Source of the DNA: Leptospira sp. | GTDB taxonomy: Bacteria; Spirochaetota; Leptospiria; Leptospirales; Leptospiraceae | Length of the DNA stretch: 47,218 nt | Reading direction: 5' to 3' | Assembly: GCA_034439575.1 (NCBI GenBank) | Contig: JAWXAQ010000011.1 | Span: forward strand, 1 to 47,218 | Shown here: piece by piece, positions 33,143-43,451 of the stretch | How positions within the stretch are numbered: the stretch's first letter is position 1 | Layout of the letters: each line of letters opens with the position of its first letter | Notes under the pieces: model-generated | Told to the model about the DNA's origin: nothing | Databases searched by the model: none | The model's input: only the letters and a program-made list of their open reading frames with translations | Translations under genes and position numbers: made by a program

Positions 33143-34081
33143 CTAATTATGATCTGCCAATACTTCTAAATGTATTTTCACTGATTCTGAAAGTGCATTA
33201 AAATCATAGCCACCTTCTAGAAAAGAAATCACTCGTCCTTTGGAATATAATTTTGCTTCTTCCAATATTTTCTTTGTAAATTCTTCAAAACTGGATGTTT
33301 CAAGTAACATTCCACCTAACGGATCATCACGATGTGCATCAAAGCCAGCTGATATTAGAATAAATTCTGGTTGGAATGTTTCCATTTCTTTTTGAAGTAT
33401 TGGCCATAACTTTAAATAGTCACTTTCTATAGAATTTCTAGGCAATGGCAAATTTAAAGTAAAACCTTTTCCCTTACCGATACCTGTTTCTGTTTGTGCG
33501 CCACTTCCTGGATAAAATGGATATTGATGGAATGATATAAAGTAAACTGAGTCATCATGATAAAATTGGTTTTGGGTACCATTGCCGTGATGTACATCCC
33601 AATCCAATATCATAATTTTTTTAATACCATTTGATTGTAAGTATTTTGCGGTGATTGCGATATTATTGAACAAACAAAATCCCATGGCATGAGTGGCTTC
33701 CGCATGGTGACCTGGAGGTCGGTCCATCGCAAATCCATTTTTAATTTGACCACATAAGATTAAATTGGCGAGATGAATGCCTGCTCCTGCTGCAAGATTC
33801 GCTGCCTCAAAACTATGTTTAGAAAATGGAGTATCCCCATCAAAAAAGCCTTTGTTATTTACTAAACAGGATGACTCAACCAAACGAATATAAGTTGGAT
33901 CATGAATCAAACTTATATTTTCTATACCAGCGCTCAAAAAATCCTTTTCCCATTGAAATTTACTACTACTTAAATCACCTAAACTATTTAGTATGGCGCT
34001 TAAGCGACCGCTGGTTTCGGGATGACCCATACCTGTATCATGTAATAAAAATTTTTCAGTAAATGCGATGGCCGTTTTCAT
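33143..34081 (-). CDS. Histone deacetylase family (Zn-dependent amidohydrolase)
   Basis: HPE, RPPGHHA, GFCLFNN, DWDVHHGNGTQ, SAGFDAH, LEGGY. Confidence 0.95.
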   Translation of the reverse strand: MKTAIAFTEKFLLHDTGMGHPETSGRLSAILNSLGDLSSSKFQWEKDFLSAGIENISLIHDPTYIRLVESSCLVNNKGFFDGDTPFSKHSFEAANLAAGAGIHLANLILCGQIKNGFAMDRPPGHHAEATHAMGFCLFNNIAITAKYLQSNGIKKIMILDWDVHHGNGTQNQFYHDDSVYFISFHQYPFYPGSGAQTETGIGKGKGFTLNLPLPRNSIESDYLKLWPILQKEMETFQPEFILISAGFDAHRDDPLGGMLLETSSFEEFTKKILEEAKLYSKGRVISFLEGGYDFNALSESVKIHLEVLADHN

Positions 34082-34097
34082 AAATCAGAATATATCA

Positions 34098-34673
34098 CTA
34101 TTCGAATTTCATAAATCGTTCTATATGAACAATCATTTCAACTATCTCTATCGCAATATTATCTAAACTCTCTGCGATACCTAATTTTTCTTCAGATGAA
34201 ATTTCTCTATCAAGTGAAGCATTGCCATATTCTGTGAGAAAGGCTCTTATTTTTTCACTTAGGATCTCATTAAACCATTCTTTGAAATTATTGATTTTGA
34301 TTTTATATTCAGGTGCCAGAGATCCGCTTAACTCCCAAATAGATTTTTCGAGAAATCTAAATTGTATGCGAAAGTGTCCTTTCCCCTTCTCAGCTACCGC
34401 TATCGATTGTTCTGGAACAAAATCAAGTCGCCTCATCATGACAACTATGGTGAGCAGTTTCTCTAAAGAATCGATCAGTTGGCGTTTTTCTTGCCCCGTA
34501 ATTTTAAAATCAGGCCCGAGTGAATTTAGATATGTAGCCGCAATGCCTTTAAATTGTCCTGTGAGTGATTGAATTCGCTCTTTGAATTGGCCTTCCTGGC
34601 TCAGTTCCTCGTCAAAACGACCAAAAGATTTCAAAACGTAATCGGAAGAAATTTCTATCATGTTAATTACCAA
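34098..34673 (-). CDS. Hypothetical helical protein
   Basis: 191 aa ORF co-oriented with the HDAC gene. Confidence 0.65.
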   Translation of the reverse strand: MVINMIEISSDYVLKSFGRFDEELSQEGQFKERIQSLTGQFKGIAATYLNSLGPDFKITGQEKRQLIDSLEKLLTIVVMMRRLDFVPEQSIAVAEKGKGHFRIQFRFLEKSIWELSGSLAPEYKIKINNFKEWFNEILSEKIRAFLTEYGNASLDREISSEEKLGIAESLDNIAIEIVEMIVHIERFMKFE

Positions 34674-34771
34674 TTGAAAATACTAGTCAGCTTTTTTGCA
34701 ATCGTCAATCGAATCGATTGGATTTCCTGGTTCTTTTTTCCATTCTGTCCAAAAGAGTCGTTCGATACCTT

Positions 34772-35743
34772 ATGCAAAAATATATTTTACTTCCATTCAT
34801 TTCAATTCTCCTGCTATTCCCTTCATGTTCTACATCGCAAGAATTTGGGGAAAAAAACACTCGTTACACACTTGCAAAGAACAAGGATGTTCCTTCTTTT
34901 ATCGAAGGGCTATATATTAATACCAAAACCATTCGTGATAAAAAGTATTGGAACGTTTTATTTACAGCGATGCAAGAACATGGAATGAATGCCGCCGTCT
35001 TGGATATGCAGCCCTACCCCCCATCCAAAGAACAAGTAGAAGATTTAAAAACCAGAGGTATTTATCCAATTGCCCGCGTTGTTAATTTCGAAGGGGGTCT
35101 CATTGAAAAATCACCGAATCAGAATCTCATGACTTCCATCCAAAAAGCAATTCGTACTGCCTGCCAAAACGGATTTAAAGAAATTCAGTTGGATTACATT
35201 CGTTATGCGGATGGCGGGACAAATTTTAGCTTGAGTTATGAAAAACGATATGAGAGTATTTTAAAGATTATAAATGAACATAAAGAAAAAACCAAAGATG
35301 TATGTGGATCTGATGTGGAATGGTCTGCTGATATTTTTGGTCGAGTGCCGTTCATTGAAAATGATGTGATAGGCCAAAGAGTTGAACCCTTCAGTGAAAA
35401 TCTGGAAGCACTCTATCCAATGTTATATCCGTCTCATTTTTATGGTCTTTCAAAACGAGTTGCCGATCCTTATGGAACTATCAAAGACGGTTTGGATCTG
35501 ACAATCAAAAGGGCCAAACCAGGCACACGTGCCCTTGCATGGATCCAAGGATTCAAAATGATGATCGGACCGAGTAAACTTAGTTACAAAGATTACATTA
35601 AAGTACAGATGCTAGGTGCCAAAGATTCGACCGGCCACGGCTTTATCGTTTGGAATGCTGGAAATGATTATTTGGAAACTTTCCAAGCATACGCAGACTA
35701 CCAATTAGAAAAAAATAGCCCGCGTAATAAAAAGGAAGAATGA
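34772..35743 (+). CDS. DUF4015-like putative glycoside hydrolase lipoprotein
   Basis: LFPSC lipobox, YPIARVV, EIQLDYIRY, PMLYPSHF, WIQGF; start reassigned to 34772. Confidence 0.8.
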   Translation: MQKYILLPFISILLLFPSCSTSQEFGEKNTRYTLAKNKDVPSFIEGLYINTKTIRDKKYWNVLFTAMQEHGMNAAVLDMQPYPPSKEQVEDLKTRGIYPIARVVNFEGGLIEKSPNQNLMTSIQKAIRTACQNGFKEIQLDYIRYADGGTNFSLSYEKRYESILKIINEHKEKTKDVCGSDVEWSADIFGRVPFIENDVIGQRVEPFSENLEALYPMLYPSHFYGLSKRVADPYGTIKDGLDLTIKRAKPGTRALAWIQGFKMMIGPSKLSYKDYIKVQMLGAKDSTGHGFIVWNAGNDYLETFQAYADYQLEKNSPRNKKEE

Positions 35744-35771
35744 AATTCAAATACAATTGAAATATGTATGA

Positions 35772-36803
35772 TTAATTAGTTTCTTCTTCCAAAAGTCTTC
35801 TACGAGAATAGGCCTCTGCTTCTTCTGTCCCGAAAAATTTAACTCGCAGATCGTTTAGCTTTTTTTCTTTTTCCTTTTCACTTATGGAAGGATTAGCAGA
35901 TAAAAAATCGCGTTCTTGTTTTTCATACTCAGAAATTCGATTTTTTGCTTCGACTTCATCTTTTCTAAGTTTGGATAATTCTAATGCCTTTTCTTTGCCA
36001 AAATATTTTGTTTCCAAAGTATTTAACTTTTTCTCTTTATCTTCTGGAGAAAGACCAGCACCAAATTCGCGTTCTCTTAAAGCTATCTCAGTTTGATAAT
36101 GATCATATTTGTCTTCACGCCCGACGACAGATTCATAATAGGATCCATATGTTTTTTTCTTAAGTTCTTCAAATTTTCGAACTCTATCATCTGGATTCAT
36201 ATTTTTTGTGGACTGGATAAAATTAGATGAGCCTTCTAAAAATTGCACTTGGGCTTCTTCCATCCCAAATATTAAATCCGATTTTTCATCCCCCATAATT
36301 TCTCGGCGTTTGTTTTTGAGAATATCATAACGGTCTTCAAATTTTACATCCGAGGAAATTTCTAATTTGTGAATGGTTTGTTCATATTTAAAATAACTTT
36401 CAAAAAGTTCTCTCAGTTTTTCTTTGCTCGGTGATTCATAATTGGCATCAATATAAGCAAGCAAAGTCTGATTGCACTGATCTGCCGTATAACTTTTGTC
36501 ACACTTTTCTCTGAGAGCCCAAATCTCCCAAACAAAATTAATCTTTCCAGTTTTTAAATCTTCAATGATTTCGAGATAACTTTTTGGGTCTTCGTCGCGA
36601 AACGGAGACAATGCCTCATCCCAAAATTGAGAATTGTTTCCTAGAGGGTGTAAATTTGGATCTTGATTCAAAGCTTCTCCATCCTTGCCATTTATTCCAT
36701 TTGTGATAGAGGAATCTACAGTGAGAGATCTTGTGATCAAAAATAAGACTAAGATAGCAACAATTCCGATGCTAGTATAAATGATTAGATTTTTTTTGTT
36801 CAT
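35772..36803 (-). CDS. Lipase-specific foldase (Lif-like) 1
   Basis: N-terminal TM anchor, helical body (LFESYFKYE, IFGMEEA); directly downstream of the lipase. Confidence 0.75.
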   Translation of the reverse strand: MNKKNLIIYTSIGIVAILVLFLITRSLTVDSSITNGINGKDGEALNQDPNLHPLGNNSQFWDEALSPFRDEDPKSYLEIIEDLKTGKINFVWEIWALREKCDKSYTADQCNQTLLAYIDANYESPSKEKLRELFESYFKYEQTIHKLEISSDVKFEDRYDILKNKRREIMGDEKSDLIFGMEEAQVQFLEGSSNFIQSTKNMNPDDRVRKFEELKKKTYGSYYESVVGREDKYDHYQTEIALREREFGAGLSPEDKEKKLNTLETKYFGKEKALELSKLRKDEVEAKNRISEYEKQERDFLSANPSISEKEKEKKLNDLRVKFFGTEEAEAYSRRRLLEEETN

Positions 36804-36818
36804 TGCTTGTTAAATAGA

Positions 36819-36845
36819 AAAGGTTGTGCAAAATGCACAACCTTT
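36819..36845 (-). terminator. Stem-loop between lipase 1 and foldase 1
   Basis: AAAGGTTGTGCA-AAA-TGCACAACCTTT 12-bp stem. Confidence 0.65.
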
Positions 36846-36872
36846 CTTTCCAAAATGGAATTTTAGTTTTTC

Positions 36873-37784
36873 TTAAAGAGCAGCTTTTGCGTTTTTCGCA
36901 ATGTTCAAGTACCAGCCTGTCACATTGAAAAAACCTTGTCCACTCCACTCTAGGTTTGTCGCTTGCAAATGGTCGATGCCAGTAGCATACCAATAAGAAG
37001 GCGCCTCACCTTTGTAAGCTCCCCATTTTTGAGAAGACAATGGTACCACACCATCATTCGCACCGCCCATACCATAGAACAATCCACCTGCCCATGTGAT
37101 TGGGTGAGTGAGTGCCATAATCGGGTGTTGGATGAGGTCTGCCCAAGCCATTGCGTTGCCATAAGAATAATATTTCATACCCGACACGTTTGGTGAAGCA
37201 GTATTAAATGTTTTCAAGTAGCTTACTGTTAGAGATTTTCCCATAGCGATTACGTCTTGAGGACGACCATCGCGGTATACAAGTCTAGCGAGTAATGATA
37301 ACGCTGAATTTGCGAAAGGCTGTAACCAACCAGGTATGATTCCGAGTACGATATCTGCCATAGGTGCACCTTTGTGAAGTGAATCTACCGTAGTTACCGT
37401 TGCTGTTTTGGAAGCAAATCCGAGATTTGAAACCATATAGCGTATCACGAGTCCACCTTGAGAGTGACCAACCAACTGAACCTTAGAACAACCGTTTGCA
37501 GTCATCCAAGAACTTACTGCAGATTTAATCTGATCAGCACGAACGGGAATGCTGTTAGTTGCCGAACTTCCAGGAGTCGTTACTTTAGCACCTTGTGATC
37601 TAAGGTAGGCATCTAATCCACCCCAATACTTCACAAGACCACCAGCAAGACCTTTCGTATCATCAAAGCCGAGAATCCCATGAACAAGCGCTATGCACTG
37701 GCCATCAAGTGGTCCAGCAAATAGGCCCGCAGAGGGAGCCACCAAAAATAGGGTTAAAATTCCAGTTACGATTTTCTTTTTCAT
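36873..37784 (-). CDS. Secreted lipase 1 (family I-like)
   Basis: Signal peptide, LVHG, GHSQGG, NDGVV, DHL; start at 37784. Confidence 0.92.
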   Translation of the reverse strand: MKKKIVTGILTLFLVAPSAGLFAGPLDGQCIALVHGILGFDDTKGLAGGLVKYWGGLDAYLRSQGAKVTTPGSSATNSIPVRADQIKSAVSSWMTANGCSKVQLVGHSQGGLVIRYMVSNLGFASKTATVTTVDSLHKGAPMADIVLGIIPGWLQPFANSALSLLARLVYRDGRPQDVIAMGKSLTVSYLKTFNTASPNVSGMKYYSYGNAMAWADLIQHPIMALTHPITWAGGLFYGMGGANDGVVPLSSQKWGAYKGEAPSYWYATGIDHLQATNLEWSGQGFFNVTGWYLNIAKNAKAAL

Positions 37785-37958
37785 ATACTCATCCTTTTTT
37801 TCTTTCAATTGCCAAAAGTGTGTCATGTGACCAAAGATTGTCAAGGAAATTCCACAAAAACTTATCCAAATGGATAAAGTCTGAACTTTTCGGGATTTTT
37901 GTTCATTTTAGATACCAAAATGTATGTAAAATGTGGCAAAGTGTTTAGCTGAACAGCA

Positions 37959-38996
37959 TTAGTTTATACCGAAATTGCGCTCTTCTGGGGAGCGAAAGTA
38001 ACCGGAGGCTTCTTCATTTTTGATTATTTCTGCCTCTTCGCCAAAAAGTTTTGTGCGCATAACATCGATTTCTTTTTGTTGCTCTGGGCTAATCGTTGTT
38101 TTGTTGCCATAAAGTTTGGTTCTTAGTTCTTTGTATTTTTCCAAATTTTGCCATTTGGTCTCTCTTTCATCCTCCAAAGCATCCCAACGATTCAGAGCAG
38201 CTTGGTCCATTCCCATGGCTTCACGAATATCCCGGAGAGTCGATTTTCTGGAATCGTAGGACATGGTCTTGAGATCTTTTTGAACTGAACTAATAAAACC
38301 TTCGGTGAGAGTTTGTTGTCTTTTTTCTAAGACTTGTGGTAATTCTTTTCCAAAATTTTCTTTTAAAGTTGATTTGAAAGAATTGAGTTTGGCATCCACA
38401 TTTCCAGTAGGACTTTCCTCAATCCGCTTGAGGGCATCAGAAACATTTTGCATTTTCTTTTCCATAGCCCAAATCTCATCTGCTTTTTCACCAAACAGAC
38501 GATAACGCTCTTTCCACATTTCTTTTTTTCGATCAGAGTCAGACATAAGTCCAAGGCGAGTCATATTGTTTTCGCGAAATTTATTATAAGAATATAATTT
38601 TTCCGACATTCGAAATAATTCTAATGCTCGATCTGGAAAGGCAAGATTCAATATTTCGTGCAATTTTTCTACCCAATTGTCTGGATATAATTTGGGAAGA
38701 TCTTTCATTAACTCTTCCAGAAGTGCAATTTGTACACGAGCATTGTCTATATTTTTACCATACTTTTCCAGCATAATGCGAGCAATTTGCTCAGGCGTTA
38801 GTTGATTGAAATCTATGTCTTCATAATTTTCGGGCAATTCTGGCAAGTTACTGCTATCATATACTTTTTTTGATTCAGATAATTCTTTAAATTTATTTGT
38901 CGTTTCATCATTGCGATTGCGAAGGAAGAGTATCGACAGGCAAAGGATTGTAATAAGCGCTAAGCTAATATAGATTAGATTTTTTTTTTGGAACAT
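37959..38996 (-). CDS. Lipase-specific foldase (Lif-like) 2
   Basis: TM anchor plus helical body (RYRLFGEKADEIW, AALNRWDALE); downstream of lipase 2. Confidence 0.7.
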   Translation of the reverse strand: MFQKKNLIYISLALITILCLSILFLRNRNDETTNKFKELSESKKVYDSSNLPELPENYEDIDFNQLTPEQIARIMLEKYGKNIDNARVQIALLEELMKDLPKLYPDNWVEKLHEILNLAFPDRALELFRMSEKLYSYNKFRENNMTRLGLMSDSDRKKEMWKERYRLFGEKADEIWAMEKKMQNVSDALKRIEESPTGNVDAKLNSFKSTLKENFGKELPQVLEKRQQTLTEGFISSVQKDLKTMSYDSRKSTLRDIREAMGMDQAALNRWDALEDERETKWQNLEKYKELRTKLYGNKTTISPEQQKEIDVMRTKLFGEEAEIIKNEEASGYFRSPEERNFGIN

Positions 38997-39029
38997 ATGT
39001 ATTTATATTTTTATTCACCAATAGAAAAG

Positions 39030-39054
39030 AAACAGGCGGTAATTTTTTACCGCC
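39030..39054 (-). terminator. Intrinsic terminator-like hairpin between lipase 2 and foldase 2
   Basis: Minus strand GGCGGTAA-AAAA-TTACCGCC-TGTTTCTTTT. Confidence 0.65.
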
Positions 39055-39065
39055 CGGAAGAGGAA

Positions 39066-40178
39066 TTAACCGCCTTTAGTCACAATGAATTCTAAGATAG
39101 AAGCATAGAATTCGTTTTCATCAAATGTATCTGGTGGAATACCAACTACATCCAAATGATCTTGGCTGATTACAGATGCTTTTGAAGTCATCTGAGTTGA
39201 AGTTGGAGCATTTAGATTACTTACATAACCTGGCGCTGTATTCACAGTAATCGTATCAAATGATAGAAGATTTTCATTGTATTGTAGTCGATCTCCCATT
39301 TGTTGAGAATTGATACCAACAAGCCCGTCATCATCGTTGTTAGTTTTATTTCCGTCGCCTTTTCCTGCTGCACCATCATTATCGCAATCATCTAAACAAT
39401 ATCCATCACCATCAATATTGTAAAAAGCTTGTTTCACAAGGAAGAGTGCTGGATTCACATTGATCCCTTCTTGTGCTGTGATCAAAGAACCATGGTAAGC
39501 TGCATTTGTAGAACTCACGTTGTAATTTGTGTTAAATGCTTTCATTCCAGTGGTTATACCATCAGTTGATGAATAGTCATTGTATACTAATTGTTTCGCG
39601 GCTGCAATGCCATCACTACCAGAATTATAGATCGTGTTTCCAAAAAGAGTCGCAAGTGCATTGATCACAGACACAACACCTGGCTTGAGATCCAAAATGT
39701 ACTTAGCCATTGGAGATCCTCTATGCGGACTAGAAACTGAAATCAAGGCATGAACCACTTGACGACCGTATCTCGCACGTAAAACAGAAGCCGCTTTTCT
39801 CGCATCAATTCCACCTTGTGAGTGACCAATGATGTTTACTTTCGTTGCACCAGTTGAAGTCATATAGTTTTGGATTTTATCAGCTAACTGAGTTCCACGA
39901 ACTTCTGAAGATTGGAAAGGAGTGACGGAAGCCGCCAAAGCTTTTTGACCTGAATGAATGCTTCCATTGCAACTAACTTCTAGAAATTCATCACAAGGAT
40001 CGCCTACGAACACGCCGTAGTCGTCTCCAAAGTAAAAATATCCAAGTAAGTTATCAAATCCCGAAAGTCCATGAGCGAAGACAACCGGGTATAACGTCTT
40101 TCTCGCACCAGCACTCAAACTCGTAGCTAACGAGAGCAGTGCGATCGAGAGTAACAAAAGTTTTTTTATGTGACTCAT
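39066..40178 (-). CDS. Secreted lipase 2 (family I-like)
   Basis: Signal peptide, YPVVFAHG, VNIIGHSQGG, SPHRGS, DDGLV, DHLD. Confidence 0.92.
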   Translation of the reverse strand: MSHIKKLLLLSIALLSLATSLSAGARKTLYPVVFAHGLSGFDNLLGYFYFGDDYGVFVGDPCDEFLEVSCNGSIHSGQKALAASVTPFQSSEVRGTQLADKIQNYMTSTGATKVNIIGHSQGGIDARKAASVLRARYGRQVVHALISVSSPHRGSPMAKYILDLKPGVVSVINALATLFGNTIYNSGSDGIAAAKQLVYNDYSSTDGITTGMKAFNTNYNVSSTNAAYHGSLITAQEGINVNPALFLVKQAFYNIDGDGYCLDDCDNDGAAGKGDGNKTNNDDDGLVGINSQQMGDRLQYNENLLSFDTITVNTAPGYVSNLNAPTSTQMTSKASVISQDHLDVVGIPPDTFDENEFYASILEFIVTKGG

Positions 40179-40711
40179 AATTCACCTCAGGCGCAATCAT
40201 GTAGCCAATTGACCCACAAATCAAGTTAATTTTGTTAATTATGCAACACTTTTGACTTATTTTTCGATATTTGTGTCATTTTGCTTCCGTTCGGGCTTTT
40301 TTCGGACATACATTTAGGGATTTCGATAAATATAAAGTGGAATTGAAAGTTGGTTTTTCCAAAGACTTAAAATTCAAAATTCTGAATTTGGGAATAAAAC
40401 TTTGTAATTTTCTACTTGGGGGATGCCCTATTAAGCGCCAATTATCTAAAAATTCAGGTTATTGGAAGTAAACCTCTAAAATTATTTATATTAAAATTTA
40501 ATTCAAAATTCAGCCAATCATTTAACTTAATTTAGACGAACGTACGCTTTACAAGATAGGACTTTGAATATTTGGATGGAGAGCTTAAATATTTAAATAT
40601 TGGACTTACTCACAATGAAAAACGAAAATTACATATGAATATTTACTTATTTTAATATACGGAAATTCAATTATCTGTTGTCAGCTTGGATTGTATTATC
40701 CACCTAGAAGA

Positions 40712-41608
40712 ATGGGAATATTGAAAGATAATATGATAATGGATATGAAAGTCCACGGGTATTCTGAAAAGACGATTAAAACGTACACGAATTGCATTCA
40801 AAGACTCGCATACTATCACAAGAAGTCTCCTTTGGATATGAATGAAAAGCATATTTATGATTTTTTTCTCTTTCTAAGAGAAAAGGAACTTACGGAAGCC
40901 TCAATAGGTATTTATTACAGCGCCATCCATCTGTTTTGTGTATTTTTTGAAAAAAAAGGGATAATGGAGAAGATACCTGTTCCGAAAAGGAGGAACAAAG
41001 TAGTCGTTGTATTGAGTCAAAATGAAATGGTATCAATTTTAAATCATTGTAAAAGTTTAAAAGAAAAAGTAATATTCACGATACTTTACTCCACTGGAAT
41101 TCGCATAGGTGAATTAGCCAAATTAATAGTAGGTGATATCGATTATGATAATCAATCAATTCTTATCAGAGAAGGAAAGGGCAATAAACAACGTTATGCT
41201 CTCTTGTCAAACTCTACTGCAATCTTGTTAAAACAATTTATCGCTTACTCAAATCCTTCATCCTATTTGTTTTACTCAACGAAAAAAGGAAAAGAATTTC
41301 CCATCAATGTGCGCTGGATTCAAATGCGACTCAAAGAAATCGCCAAAATGGCAGGTATTAAAAAAAGAATAAAGGTGCATACTTTGCGACACACCTTCGC
41401 CACTCATCTGTTAGAAGATGGATACAATATTTTTTATATTCAGAAATTACTTGGTCATAGTACAATCAATAGCACTATGGTGTATTTGCATGTAAATCCC
41501 AATCACCTATTACAAATACCCAGTCCCATAGAAAAAATTAGAAATGCAAAAATGAATATATTCGAAAACCAAACAGATTATGGACTTAATTTAGAAATAA
41601 ATTATTAA
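40712..41608 (+). CDS. Tyrosine recombinase/integrase with N-terminal SAM-like domain
   Basis: Catalytic R (GIRIGE), K (GKGNK), HTLRH, LGH and Y (MVYLH) all intact; no IntI-type insertion. Confidence 0.93.
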   Translation: MGILKDNMIMDMKVHGYSEKTIKTYTNCIQRLAYYHKKSPLDMNEKHIYDFFLFLREKELTEASIGIYYSAIHLFCVFFEKKGIMEKIPVPKRRNKVVVVLSQNEMVSILNHCKSLKEKVIFTILYSTGIRIGELAKLIVGDIDYDNQSILIREGKGNKQRYALLSNSTAILLKQFIAYSNPSSYLFYSTKKGKEFPINVRWIQMRLKEIAKMAGIKKRIKVHTLRHTFATHLLEDGYNIFYIQKLLGHSTINSTMVYLHVNPNHLLQIPSPIEKIRNAKMNIFENQTDYGLNLEINY

Positions 41609-41610
41609 GT

Positions 41611-41706
41611 GCAAATCTTGTTCCCATATCACTTCCCTCTCACTTCCGTGTTCGAAGGAAGGATTTCGATATGCATGTCTCCGTTACCGATGGAAACGAG
41701 ATTTGC
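41611..41706. repeat. Module A copy 1 (96-bp foldback)
   Basis: GCAAATCTTGTTCCCAT ... ATGGAAACGAGATTTGC terminal inverted arms. Confidence 0.85.
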
Positions 41707-41709
41707 TAA

Positions 41710-41846
41710 CCGAAGAAGGATCGATTAACTATATTTTTATTTAAAAAAAACGTCTAAGAATAATTAAATTTATGTACAATTTGTTGTTAGCCTCGAGGAA
41801 AAAAATCCCAATCTAATAAGGTGGATTTTATCGTAGTACGTATAAA
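41710..41846. repeat. Module B copy 1
   Basis: CCGAAGAAGGATCG...TTGTTGTTAGCCTCGAGG...AAGGTGGATTTTATCGTAG; recurs at 46165 and 46561. Confidence 0.85.
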
Positions 41847-41958
41847 CGTCGGTTACGCGTATTGTTTGCAAAACCTAACTAAAATTTAAAGTAGTATCAG
41901 ATTAGAAAGGCAGAAAAATGTCTTGAATTATACGAAGTAGTATCGTATCGTCGATCGT

Positions 41959-42174
41959 ATGAAAGTAACTGCAATATTACCAGATGAATTAGTGCTAGAT
42001 ATTCAAAAATATACAGATGGAAAAAACATTACTGATTCGCTTCAAAAAGCTTTATCCGAATGGCTAAAACTAGCAAAAGTCAAAAAACTGAATGAAAAAT
42101 TGAAAAAAATTCCTCTACAGTTTACAGATGGCTATTCCGCTGAGAAAGTCAGAAAGATTAATAGAACTAAATGA
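41959..42174 (+). CDS. vapB: Antitoxin (DUF2191/VapB-like)
   Basis: 71 aa MKVTAILPDEL... with ATGA overlap into a PIN toxin. Confidence 0.8.
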   Translation: MKVTAILPDELVLDIQKYTDGKNITDSLQKALSEWLKLAKVKKLNEKLKKIPLQFTDGYSAEKVRKINRTK

Positions 42175-42572
42175 TTTTAGTTGATACATCTGTATGGATT
42201 GAATTTTTCCGAGGTAATGAACCCTATTTTACAAAATTAAAGGAATTGATAGAATCATCTGATGTCTTAGCTCATGAAGTAATCTTTGGTGAACTATTAC
42301 AGGGTTGCAAAAATAAGGCTGAATTAAATTTCATTTTAGAATATTGGGAAAGTTTAAGCAACATTGTATCAAATGGATCCTTCATTCTAGCTGGGAAAAT
42401 TTCATTTGAAAACAAACATTTAGATAAAGGTATTGGAATCATTGATTCAATTTTAATCAATGAAACGAGACAGAATAATTTAAAAATTTGGACGTTAGAT
42501 AAGAAGATATTAAAATTACTTGAACCTAAATACGTCTTCGAAAAAAAGCCAACAATTCCTTTGGCTTATTAA
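42171..42572 (+). CDS. vapC: PIN-domain toxin
   Basis: MILVDTSVWIEF, GELLQG, IIDSIL, IWTLDK; C-terminus runs into module C. Confidence 0.92.
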   Translation: MILVDTSVWIEFFRGNEPYFTKLKELIESSDVLAHEVIFGELLQGCKNKAELNFILEYWESLSNIVSNGSFILAGKISFENKHLDKGIGIIDSILINETRQNNLKIWTLDKKILKLLEPKYVFEKKPTIPLAY

Positions 42573-42685
42573 AACTTTCACGAATCAAACCCGGCGATCT
42601 TCGGAGGAAACGGAGCAAGACACCTTGCTCTGGTTCCGAGAAGGGGACCACGATAGCGAGTCCCGGACTTGCCGGACACGCTTGC
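42541..42685. repeat. Module C copy 1 (5S terminator + 5S 3' end + multi-hairpin)
   Basis: AAAGCCAAC..TTGGCTT...AAACCCGGCGATCTTCGGAGG...CACGCTTGC. Confidence 0.85.
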
Positions 42686-42690
42686 AAATT

Positions 42691-42786
42691 GCAAACCTCG
42701 TTCCCATCTCCCTTCCCTCTCACCTCCGTGTTTGAAGGAAAGACTCCGACATCCATGTCTCTGTTACCGATGGAAACAAGGTTTGC
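42691..42786. repeat. Module A copy 2
   Basis: GCAAACCTCGTTCCCATC ... GATGGAAACAAGGTTTGC. Confidence 0.85.
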
Positions 42787-42875
42787 ATGCCAAGGAGAAA
42801 GATTGAAAAGCTGGATCTGTATTATTAGCTAGGGCACCTCGGATGTGTTATATGGATGTAGCATTTTCGAAAGAC

Positions 42876-42962
42876 CCGATCCCGCTCTCCGCTACAATCT
42901 TTCGCATAACTTTATGAATATGTATTTTATTTTAATCGGGAAAGGATTTCCGCTTCGATCGG
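42876..42962 (+). repeat. REP-like bipartite palindromic element (copy 2)
   Basis: CCGATCCCGCTCTCCGCTACAATCTTTC...GAAAGGATTTCCGCTTCGATCGG. Confidence 0.7.
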
Positions 42963-43185
42963 TGGTTTCCATATGCGTCCTTCGGAGATTGAAGTCGAAA
43001 GTCCTTTTCGTCTTACTTATGTTCGATTCGCTTCGCTCCTCCACCAAGTCAAACTTTCAGTTTGCTTGAATCCTCGCTCCTATTGTCGCTACGGAACGAT
43101 CGGTGGTGCGTTGCGTTTAATCGTATTGCGTAAAACACACAAAAATATTTTAAACCAGTATCCCGTTCTTGGAGGTCTTTACCCG

Positions 43186-43282
43186 GCAAACACTCGTTCC
43201 CATCTCGGGGCTTTCTCGCACTCCTGCTCGAATGCCCCCGCTTTGCCTTGCTGGCTTTGCTAACTATGGAAACAAGGTTTGC
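43186..43282. repeat. Module A copy 3
   Basis: GCAAACACTCGTTCCCAT ... ATGGAAACAAGGTTTGC. Confidence 0.8.
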
Positions 43283-43451
43283 TTGCCCGAAGAAAGATTG
43301 GTTACCTATATTTTTATTATTAATAATTTCACCTAGCATGAACTTTATTGATGAAACATAAGTTGGTAAACCTGAAGGGCTTTTTGATGAATTGGATTTT
43401 ATCCAATTGCGAATAAACGCATGTTAGCCGGCATTTCAGTAGACCCATTTA

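Noticed and set aside
40271-40471. 66-aa ORF upstream of the integrase
   Set aside because: TTG start, no RBS or motif; more likely promoter DNA between divergent genes.
40712-41608. Canonical integron integrase intI or chromosomal xerC/xerD
   Set aside because: The IntI-specific insertion is absent, and the context and N-terminus do not support a confident Xer assignment.
42520-43339. Short ORFs 42520-42735, 42526-42756, 42845-43069, 42973-43263, 43049-43339
   Set aside because: They are translations of GC-rich palindromic repeats on both strands, with no RBS or protein motifs.
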